Positions 12,982 to 26,521 of a stretch of 46,335 nt of DNA are shown piece after piece; the stretch's first letter is position 1; each line of letters opens with the position of its first letter. The stretch comes from Conidiobolus incongruus B7586 (lineage: Eukaryota): contig JNEM01008705.1 of NCBI GenBank assembly GCA_000697335.1, positions 1 to 46,335 on the forward strand, in the 5' to 3' direction. A model generated the notes under the pieces. It did not search any database. It saw only the letters and a program-made list of their open reading frames with translations, and had not been told where the DNA came from. Both the position numbers and the translations under genes were made by a program.

Positions 12982-15900
12982 TTTACTATTTGTATTTTTT
13001 ATATTTCAATTAAAATAGCAACTTTTAATTTTTATATAATTTAAAGAAATGTAGAATTCATGGTCACAATTTTTTATTTATTAACTACGTAATTTTGGTT
13101 AGCCCTCAAACATCATTTGATTAACCAATAAATGATCAGTTATTGGATACTAATCAAGTTATTCCTATAGTCTATGATTTGGATTAATCGCACCATTCCA
13201 TATTCGTCATATCTTCAAAATCCTTTAATTTTTGATTATTTCAAGACTAATTTATTGGAGTATAGCACTTTATTATTTCTAGCATTTATTCAATACTCGT
13301 GCCACTATGAAAACATCAAAATTGGTGAATTTGTTATGAATATATTGATTGCTAAGGTAAAAAATCACTTTATGACATTGACACAAATTGGTTGATATCC
13401 ACTAAAATCACTACAATACAGTGGTTCTTACCTTTAACCAATCAAACATGCATTAAAAATTAATCAATTTTTCATACCAAGAAATATGTTAATGCTATTA
13501 AAATATTGAATTTGTTCAAAATGGGACACTTAAATATAGTATACTAATTATTTATTATTTCAAATTAAGTTTACCATATATTACATTATTTGAAATACAA
13601 TACACAATCCTGCATATAATTTTTATAAACTATTTTCAAAATAAAACATCAAAAAAGTTAACTTCAATATATTTTTACAGAATATTGCTATACTTAAACA
13701 TATTCAAAATTTTATATTTAGTCAAGCATATCATAAATCAATATAATATTGTTTGTTATTTCATCTGTTAACTTATCACTCTTGAGAAAAGTTAAATATA
13801 GCAAAGCATACTTTCACTTTTCAATTTCTAATGTATTCAAATTTTAAAAAATATACCTAATTAATTAAATGTAGAAAGCATTTTGTAAAACTATTTAATA
13901 AATTATATTTTTCAAAATATTAAAAATGAGTTGAGAATTTGAAATTTTATTAATAATTATAATAATATATAGTTCAAACTAAATTCATTGTTATTAAAGT
14001 ATATTAAATTTCTTACAATAACCTTAGTGTTAATATATTTATGATGATTTATATTATAAAAATAAACTGTTAATAATAATAAATATAGTTTGGTTAGATA
14101 TATAAAATACTGTCAAATAATTTGTATGTTATGCGAGGAAAAAGTAGATATCATTATCTGTTAAAAAATCAAACTTTGATTGCATTGTTATAATGAAGAA
14201 TTAAACTTTTGTTTAAATATTTACACTTTTTTATATTATAAATATCTTTAACATTTAAATTTTAATAATTTTATTTTATCAAATAATTTGTTATTAACAA
14301 GAATATTTAATAAATTATAATAAAGTTTTAAACAAAATAGTTTTTAATATCAAATATCAATAATTATATTTTGATTTAAAGCATAACAGCTAAATTAAAA
14401 ATTATATAAAAATATTATGATTATTATCAGTAATACATTAACATAGTATATTTTACATAATTACTTTAAATATACTTAATTATATCTAAATTTTTATATT
14501 GAAAAATAAAACAAACGCCAAGAACTCATCTCAAAATTTTATATTAGGTATCAATAAATTTCCAAATGATTAATATTATAATACCTCAAATCTGATAATT
14601 TAATTTTTTAATATTCAATAGTTCAAATTGGTTAAAATATATAAATATAACAGTTTGGGAATGTTATTAAATCAAAATAACACTAATACTGGTATCTATC
14701 TATTGTTCAAGAAGTTTTAGAATAAATTATAACTAATTATTTAATTAACAATATGGAAATTTTGATTGAAAATTAATAAATATCACTAATTAAGGATCAA
14801 ATCTTGTTATTTTAGTGATGGAAATATTGATAAATTAAAGCATTATTACATTAACTATTTATATTGACGGATATAATTAGAACAATAATAAATATTAACT
14901 TTAAAAATTATAAGGTTGAAGTTATATGAACTCATATTTGCATATTGTATACTTAAGAAATTACTGAAATCCCCAGAACACATTAAATGACTCAATACAA
15001 GTTATTTAAAAATGATGTAATTCTATTGCATAAAAATCGAGATCATGCATAATTTTAATTACGAAATATTTTTTTACATTTATAAAAAGGTGCATTAAAG
15101 AAATGTGAAAAATAGATATCTTAATAATAAAATGAGTATAACCTTGTAATATTTCTTAAAGCCTTCAATATGTTTTTCTACCAAGATCAGATTTTTGAGA
15201 TTTGGCTATATAAAAATAAAAATAAACGTTGTTATTTAATTTGTTATTGAACTAAACTATTATGCAGTTTTAAAATCAAAATTTTTTGATTAAATAACCT
15301 GTTTTTATTGAAAATTTAAAATATTGAATTAAAATAGGATTTTACTATACTCTGTGAATTTAGAACTATTTCCGAAAACATACAATATATAGTATTCTGA
15401 TTGATAATTGAAAAACTGGTTATTCGTTCAGAAGTCTATGGTTTCTTGAATAAACAATAATTAGGAATGGAGAAGTATTTTAAATGGGTAAATAAGGTTT
15501 AATTTTATGAAAATCTGATTAACAACCAAAAATTCCAATATTCCACTCTCTCTATAACTTAAATCATTTCTAAATTCATTAAATATAAAATATAATTCAA
15601 ATTATATATAATTATACTATTTTATAATTTTATCAATTTTATTTAATCTGAATAAATATAATATTTTGATATTATTAATAATTATATTTGTCCTATATCA
15701 ATTTATTATAATCATATATTAAAATTGACTAATTTTAAAATACAATCAACTTCTAGGGCACATAATCCTTGTTTTATCTAGGACTATTTTATCAAAAATT
15801 CAGGTAATCAGATAAAGAATATTTAATCATTTTGACTCACTTTAAGCCATAAATATAATTAAATTATTATTTGAGTAAAATTTTAAAGGATAAATTGTAT

Positions 15901-16347
15901 TGAAAAAATGTTGAAAAAGTATACAATTCATCCGTTTTTGATGAATATGAGAGTTTAATAATATTTGGAGTATATTATGATATATATATATATATATATT
16001 TATTTATTTATTTATTTTAGATCAGTTTAGTATCGATATACCATATCACGTTGCTAAAATATTAGCATATGAAATCCACCATTAAGTATAAAAAAATAAA
16101 ACATGAATATTTCATCCAATTAAACGATCCAAATTCATAACTGAAATTGGGCTTAATTGTGAATTTAGGTTGGGTATAAATAAGAATAAAATTTCTCTTG
16201 ATCAAGAATTACTAACTTTGACCATAGAATTAAAAGTATATCATAATTTATTTAATATACTTCAAAAAGTTCCAATAATACCAAATATTATTTAAATATA
16301 TATACATATATATTATATACATACTTGAATATTGAATAAACTGTACA

Positions 16348-17541
16348 ATGGGTGGTATTGAAGGTAAAAAAGGTAAAGAATCTCACTTGGCCCGTTTCTT
16401 TGGCTCTGCTACTTCTGGTGTTTTGGAACTTTTGGGTTTCCACCCCGTTGATACCGTTGCCAAAAGACTTATGAGCAACACCCAACCTGTAAGTTATTTT
16501 ATATCAATTTTAAATTCAAAACCATTGATCATTTCCTTCCCCACTTTAGATTTTCGCTCCTGGAGCTCCTGCCTCTGCTGGTTTGGCCAACTTGAACAAA
16601 GTTATTTTCAAGGTATTTGAAAAGATTCCAAAATTTGATTTTAATATATTAAATAATTGTATTTTAGGATGCTGCCGATAAGGGTTTCGTCAGAAAGTAC
16701 GCTTCTTTATTCCCTGGTTTGGGCTATGCCGCTGGTTACAAAGTCCTTCAACGTGTCTACAAATTTGGTGGTCAACCCTACGTCAAGGATTATTTAGAAA
16801 CCAACCACCGTAGCTTCTTCACCACCACTTTTGGTGATAAGACTGGTAAAACCGTTATGCACGCTACTGCCGGAAGGTAAAAATTGATACTATGTCTTAC
16901 ATTTAACAAAATTTTTAATACATTATTCCAAATTTTAGTTTGGTTGGTATTGGTGAAGTTGCTTTATTGCCCTTGGATGTTTTAAAGATTAAGCGTCAAA
17001 CTAACCCTGAAGCTTTCCGCAATCGTGGTTTCTTGGCCATTGTTAAGGATGAAGGTTTAGGACTTTATCGGTAAGAACCTACTGAAATTGAATTATACTT
17101 AATGTGGCTAATAATGAAATGAATAGTGGTGGTGTCTGGACAGCTGCCCGTAACGCTCCTGGTTCCTTCGCCTTATTCGGTGGTGCTGCCTTCGTCAAGG
17201 AATACATCTTTGATCTCAAGGACTACTCCAAGGCCACTTTCTTCCAAAACTTCTGCTCTTCCATCGGTGGTGCTGTCGCCTCCATTACTGTTGCCGCTCC
17301 CTTAGATGTCGTCAAGACCAGAATCCAAAACCGTAACTTTGACAATCCTGAATCTGGTGTCAGCATCGTCAGAAATATGATCCGTCAAGAAGGTTTCAGA
17401 GCTTTCTTCAAGGGATTGACTCCCAAGATCTTAGTCGTTGGACCTAAATTGATCTTCTCATTCACAATTGCCCAACAAACCATCCCTCTTTTCCACAACT
17501 TCTTTGAAAAGAGCGGAATCACTCATACAGGAACTGCTTAA
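16348..17541 (+). CDS. GGC1: Mitochondrial GTP/GDP carrier, 5 exons
   Basis: Carrier signatures FHPVDTVAKRLM, LPLDVLKIKRQ, APLDVVKTRIQ; Ggc1/Yhm1-type LFPGLGYAAGYKVLQRVYKFGGQP, WTAARNAPGSFALFGG, FFKGLTPKILVVGPKLIFSF. Confidence 0.93.
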
Positions 17542-20501
17542 TGAGTTAGCATAATTTTTGTTTTAAATAAGATCATCATTTAAATATTTAATAATAATAT
17601 TTTTACTAATTTTTAGATATTTTATTATATTAATTTGAAATTTAATTACTTTCAACTTTGCACTTCGAAAAAATTATTCATTTTCATATTCAAATAATAT
17701 ATTTTTTATATTTCATCTATATTAGACAAATCAATTCTTAAAAACTTAATATATTTCAATTTTTCAAATTTATTTTGATCAACTATTCATTGAATTTAAT
17801 CAATCCGATAAATTCCGACCCTCGTTTTATGTCCATGAGAAAAGAATAAATCCAAATTATTCATCTAGAAAATTTTAAATTGAATTCAAAACATTATTAT
17901 TATTACTTTAAAATATTTTTAAGATTATTAATATATTTGAAAGATTTTTATTTATAAAATTATTTTTTGAAAATAATAAAAAAATAAAATTGTAATAAAT
18001 AATGTATAATATATTTTAATCACTTGATTATTTATTTTCAAAGCAAATATGATTTACTGACGTAGATTAATTAATCTAAATTTAATTATATAATTTTTTT
18101 ATCATATTTTATCAGTTTAATTTATTCAAATTTTTGATCATTTTAAAGTTAGAATAAATAATTAATTAATTAGAAAAAAAACAAATAGTTAAATTGATTG
18201 AATACTGTAATATTATTGGAACATCTTCAATATACAAAATTTAATCTTGCTAGCAAGATTAATTATATATGATATATTTTATATTGCAAAGGTACCCATT
18301 GTTAATATAAATATAGATCTAAGTTTTACTAAAATGCAATTTTTGTTTGAAAATAAAAATTTCGAATTAAGAATACTTAATATAGAATTTTGATTAGTTA
18401 TTGACTAATTATTTATCATTATTTAACATAATTAAAATATAATAATTAATATAGCTATACTTCCACTTATAAAAAATATATTATATAATAATATGATTTT
18501 TCATAATTACATCTATCAAAGAATTTTAACTTGAACTTTTAGACGTTCTCATCACGGAACATTTATAAATTATTGTAGATTTGACATTGATATAAAACTA
18601 TGGTCATTTTAAAAGTAGATCTATTATTATAATACATATAAGTTATATATACATGCTGTATCATTATTCTATTTAAAATATTACTATAAATTAATTGATT
18701 TAATCAATTCTTTCTTATTCAACAGAGCAAACAGTTATATATAACAAAATTTAATTTATATTTTAAAATATGTTCTTTTATTCATTATTAGTGTTCGTTT
18801 CAGTTAATTATGTACAATAAGTTTATTCAATATAAATATGATGCATATTCAATTGAGCTATCTCATGTGCAATTATATTTGTCATTGATAGAGATATAAT
18901 GTATATGTAATTCAAATCAATATATAAAAAATGATTAAAAAATTAATATTAAAAATTTTAAGTAATAAAATTTAATGAATTTATTCTAAATTTAGTTACA
19001 ATTTTTAAATTTTTTAACCAAATTTAAGTAAATAAAATGAATTATGAATAAATAATATTTGATAAGAATAATGCTACAATCATATTATTATATTATAATA
19101 TTGAAGAAGTAATAATATAAAATATTTTAATATTTTCAAGAGATCAGCTGTCAGAAATCAACCTTAATATAAATCTATAAAATATCAAATTAAAATAAAT
19201 TATAATTCTTATTTAATAAATATATATAATTTGAAAAAAAATATTGTAAGCATTCAATACAATTTCATATTTTATTATAATTTATTTGCTTTAAATTGAT
19301 ATCTGAAATATAAATTCTATCAAGTCCAAAAAGTAATGAGACGCTCACACCTTAAATTGGATGATGTATATTATGTTAAAATTTAGAAAAGTTGATTAAT
19401 ATTAATAGTTAAAAATATCAAATTAATTTTAATTTTAATAATTTATGTATTTGATTTAAAAAATATACATTATAATATATCAAAACTTATTTAAAATTCA
19501 AATTTATAAATAACTGATTTATATTTTCATTTTTTTTACAATTTTATTCAAGCTTTCTTATATTTGATCTTAATCAGATTTATATATATATCAACTGCTA
19601 ATTTTGATTCAGTTTACAGAATTAATAATATATCTCACGTGTATTTGATATGTGTTGTAAAGACACCACTTATATTAATAATAAAAACTAATAAATTATG
19701 TTTGATTTACTGAGCAAAATATAAAATTATATATACAAAAAGATTTTAAAGCATTTAAAAATATTATTAATTGGAGATTATTGGGCAATATAAAGGAAAT
19801 TAAAGATCAAGTCTGTAAGGATCTGGTAATTGCAGATGATATTTACATGTATTTATTCATTAATATACGAGAAATTTGATGACAATATATTTGGCTATTG
19901 GGCTGATATTATATTTATGTAATGGGATAGATAAAGCAATTTGAGAGCATTAGTGAAATACGATACTTTATAATTAAATGATAGTACCATAATATATGAC
20001 CAATTATAATTGATTATAGTTGCTTAGACGCCTTATTTCATATCAAGACAATTAAGAGGTTATTAGCAATTATTTTGTGGGCATATATAAACATATGCCC
20101 ATGGACAAGTCATTTTTATTTTTACTGTCAAAGCTATACTCTCTTTTGTGTATAATTAAATATATTTCTCATAATTTATCTCAAGTAGATAATATAATTT
20201 TAAGCAATTATACATATAAATCATTATAAAACAGTTTAAATACTTATATATTAATTTCAAAATTTTTTTAAGGTTAATTATTATCAAAATCTAAAATGAT
20301 TATTTGAAGTAAAATTTGATCAAAATAGATTATAGCGAAATTTACTTACCAATGCACACCTGAATCTTATCTATCAATTTTTAATATAAAATCAAAAAAC
20401 AAAAATTTATATTAAATTTACAAATTTATTTTATCAAAATTAGATATATATAAAAATGAAAATAATTATAGTAAACGTGTGAATTGTAAATATAAGGAAA
20501 A

Positions 20502-21671
20502 TTAATATTTAGCAGGCTGAGTTTCTGCCAAATCTTGAAATCCGTAAGAAGCTTTGGAGTGTCTCATTACATAGAAGTAATTACGATATCTCATATAGCA
20601 GAAAACGCCAAATGTGATAGTTATAATGATGAAGAATGGAACCCACCAAGATAAGGTGCTTCCAATGAGCCGAATGCCTATGACTACATTTAAAATCGCC
20701 AATATATATAGGAACCGACCGAAATAATGATGGAGTTTATCATACCAAGGAGTTTTAATGCGTTTGGGGTCCCATAGACGATCAATCACAATGCCCAGCA
20801 CCATTTGGAGGCCCATTCCAACTATCACTGTGAAACCAATCCAACCATGTAATCCAAAGTCAATTAGGAAACGTTTAGGTCGTCCTATTAAAATTAAGCA
20901 AAAACCAGTGATCATTAGTGCTAAAACAAGTACAAAGACTGCAATATGGATTCTGAACCACCAAACTCCCAGAGTCTTTTTACAGTACTTGGCGATAAAT
21001 ATGCCTATTGGAGGAAGTAAAATCCATGCAAGAAACATGCAGATTCCATGATATATAGCGATAGAAACACCTCGACTGATATTGGGTGATGTCATAACTT
21101 GGCCAGTCACAGCCGAATTGCCTGATTGTTGGAAATTCACTTCGAATTTTCCATAATTGGCATGTTTTCGAATCATTATTTGACTCGAATCATTGGGATT
21201 CACCTCTGGCACTTTGTCAGAGTAGGCCCAAATAAATGTATTATTTCCCTTTGCTTCCACCTTCTTTGCTGTGGAATTCTTCCCTTCTGGTGATAATGGT
21301 CGAGTAAATGTAATACTTCTCAAACTCTCTTTGGATTGGACGGCGGATGTAGAATTGGATAGTTTGAGTATTGAATTTGCTACCAATTGAGGTCGTGTAT
21401 ATCCTACTCCACGATGTTCACTGACTCTACCAGTGTTATTTGCATCAAACCATGTGATGTAAATGTCAGCATCTGCCATACCTGTACCAATACCAATGGC
21501 AACGTATCCACTTGTCTTAGGAGCTTCAACAACAAACTGAATCTCCGATTGTTGAATCTCCAAATTAAAACAGACATCAGTCTGAGACACACAATGACGG
21601 ACACTTGGCAAATTTTGTTGACAAAAGATGATACAGGGATAAAGTGCCCAATAAACCAATAAATACCACAT
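20502..21671 (-). CDS. DOMON domain plus cytochrome b561 membrane protein (putative ferric-chelate reductase / transmembrane electron transfer), intronless
   Basis: First ATG at 21671 gives signal peptide MWYLLVYWALYPCIIFC; DOMON heme-ligand motif GYVAIGIGTGMADADIYI and later His (IRKH); four b561 His (YHGICM, FRIHI, LHGWIG, KLHHYFGR) in hydrophobic helices. Confidence 0.88.
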   Translation of the reverse strand: MWYLLVYWALYPCIIFCQQNLPSVRHCVSQTDVCFNLEIQQSEIQFVVEAPKTSGYVAIGIGTGMADADIYITWFDANNTGRVSEHRGVGYTRPQLVANSILKLSNSTSAVQSKESLRSITFTRPLSPEGKNSTAKKVEAKGNNTFIWAYSDKVPEVNPNDSSQIMIRKHANYGKFEVNFQQSGNSAVTGQVMTSPNISRGVSIAIYHGICMFLAWILLPPIGIFIAKYCKKTLGVWWFRIHIAVFVLVLALMITGFCLILIGRPKRFLIDFGLHGWIGFTVIVGMGLQMVLGIVIDRLWDPKRIKTPWYDKLHHYFGRFLYILAILNVVIGIRLIGSTLSWWVPFFIIITITFGVFCYMRYRNYFYVMRHSKASYGFQDLAETQPAKY

Positions 21672-23207
21672 ATTGAATATTGAAAGATTAAAATAAATTA
21701 AAATTAAAATCACTGTATTGAATATTTTCACTATTTATATATTGAACTCACAATGCAATCATAAGCAACGAAAACAAACCAAACTTATCATTGTTGATAA
21801 ATATTTCCAATATCCTATTATAGACAATACCAATATAATAATAAGAATTAAAATGCAGTCCCCACATTCGTTGAATAAAATTGGACTCAAGCTGTCCCCA
21901 TATGAAAAACAAATGAACCTTATAACCTAAAGCCTTAATAATGCACCAATTGTGGAGAATTCAAATATTAAAATTTTCGAATTAACCTTGTTTAATTGGA
22001 CATATGATAGCTTTCTTGGTCATTATAATCATTATTAGTTCATCCATAATTATTATATAAAGTTAAAATATAATAAATATAGTGTTATTATTAACTGATT
22101 TTGTTTAGTTAATCCCTACTAATTATGATTAAGCAATTGTTCATTTATTTGCACCAATATTTTTAATATTTATATCAAATTCGGATTTTCAAAGGATGAT
22201 TTCATGTTATAATTAGTAGATAGTGTAATAACCTTTTTTATATTTTGGAATTTTAGGTGTTTTCTATATATGCTTTATATAATTAATAAAATATTTAGTT
22301 TGAATTAATATTACACTAGAAAAAAAATTAAAATATCCAATTATTAATGGGAAAATTATATTCAACAGTGATAGATTTGTGGAAAAATTTAAAATTTATT
22401 CAAAAGTTTAAATTAGAATAATAGGATAATTAATTATCGTTATTGCTACAAATAGTTTTAAATATATATTATATTGAGACTTTTTAAATAATAATTATAT
22501 TAATTTCTCAAAATTTCAACCAAAATATGTCTTTAAATTGTTAATATATTGTTATCAACTTAAAACATTGATTAATTTCAATATTTTTTTGAGATGCCAC
22601 ATTTTTATTCTTATACTATAAAAATTTCGCAATCATTAGGAAAATTGAAATATATATATATTAATATAATTCAAAGAAACATAAAATATTGAGAGTTAAA
22701 AATAAGCTATTAATACATTGAAATTTTTGGGTGTATTTGATGTTATTTTATCTTTGATATATATTTTCGTATTTAAATGATAGTAATGAGATTTGGATTA
22801 ATTTATCTTTTGAAAACTTACAATTGTTGAGCTATAAGATGGACTTAACAACCGGAATCTTGATTAAACTATATCATAGATAGAAGAATAGATAATGTGT
22901 AGTAAAAGTTTAACTAAAATGTAAAATAATCTTTAATAATGGATTTAACATATATATATATCAATTCATTATACTCCTGAAAGAATGGATTTTCCAATAG
23001 TGGTCTGGGACAGATTAGAATTGGATAGTATGGGTTGTTTCATTGGCTGAGAAAATACTCGAATTTACATGTTAATTAAAATTGACGTAACATTTATCTC
23101 AATGGGACTATGTCACAATATTCCCACCATATGAATTTGGTGATCTTATCAATTACTTTAATTCTATTATAAAAGCAGTTTGAACCCCTTGAGTATAGTA
23201 GTTTTAA

Positions 23208-25031
<1,824 letters not shown>

Positions 25032-26521
25032 ATGTCTTGTCAAAATTGTAATCACTATACCAGCATCAAAATAAACATATAAAAATTTATTTATATTATG
25101 TTGTTTAAATATTGTCATTATCAATATTGTTATTAATAATTATTAGTTTATTGATTTGAATAAATTCAACTGATTAGCTTCAAAAATCAGCACAAAATTA
25201 TATTATTATAATACTTAAAAAATTAAAAAAATTAAAACTATTATATTGAATAGTCTCGCTATTAAATTTTAAAACATTTTCAGATTTCAAACTAAATTTA
25301 ATTTTAATCAATGTTATTGTTAATTATTATTGTCAAATTCTCTATAAATATGTTGTATTAATTATAATCCGATAAAAAAATTATCAATAACCGAAAAATT
25401 GAATGGACCAATTGTGTGATGATTTTATAATTACATTATTTCATGTCATTAAATGATATACAATATTCTATATATTAAAAAGCTTTATTTGAATTTTGAA
25501 TTTACGCCAAACGATTTATCACCCTTCAATGAAAATATAATAAAGATTAAAAGTGACGTAAAGTTTTAATTCAATTGATTATATTGGAGCAATTTTATTT
25601 TGAATATTTGAACAAATTAAAAAATTAATTTTTCCTATACCTTTTAATTTGCACTAAAATCCAATGTAATCTCAGCCACCAAATTTTATATAATTATATA
25701 ATAGCAAATATTTTTATCAATTAAATAAAATAATAAATTGATCTATGAAAATCTAGTCCTATTAAAATAAAAATTGTATATCATATAAAAGTATAAATTA
25801 CAAGAGAGCATCTTCCATCTTAATTAAAAGATAACAATGTGAAATTAATAGATTTTGTATATTAATAATAAGCATATTCAAAATATATTAAAGTAATTAT
25901 TATTGTTATGGTTTTGAAAAAAATATAATGGAATACTGAATTTTAAAATTTCTTGAATTTGCGGTTCAAAATATTCCCTAACTTGACAATACCAGTCAAT
26001 TTTATAGAATTAGGATTTAGTATTATGAGAAATTTTTTTTTGAATAATATTTTCAACGTAAAACAATTATGATCAGTTGTTATAATAAAGTCAATCATTT
26101 CTTAATAATCAAAGGTTAATATCAACCATCAAAAAATCTGATAAACATAAAATTTATCTAACAAATTCCAAATATCTTAAAGTCCCATTAAATGATTTTG
26201 AAAAACAATCTACTTGGCTAATTCTATAATTTCAAAAATCATTAAACAGACCACAAAAAATAATTAAAAAAAATTATGAATAAAAAATATGTTTTTGAAA
26301 ATCTTATTAACAAAGAGTCATGGTAATCATTATGTATAATAAAAAAATTAATAAATATAGGAATAAAAAACAATTATTTTGATGATCAATTTGGTAATGT
26401 GCAAATTGATGATGGTATGAAGTCATTTGAATATTTTTGAGATGGTCGATTAGTAACAGAATTTTGGCGTAAAAATGATTTTTGGTATAAGGTTTGAAAC
26501 CTCTTTTGTGTGGGTGGATTG

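Noticed and set aside
14700..15500. Slightly GC-richer patches that might be gene relics (also ~2700-3700, 30950-31700, 44900-45120, 45480-45930)
   Set aside because: Translations gave no family motif I could recognise; a frameshift-aware homology search would be needed.
20078..20101. 9-bp hairpin TGGGCATAT-loop-ATATGCCCA as a Helitron end or terminator
   Set aside because: No CTRR terminus at the expected distance and no element body; a stem this short is expected by chance.
22897..22904. GTGTAGTA, the U2 snRNA branch-pairing word
   Set aside because: Flanks do not match U2; no stem I or Sm-site context.
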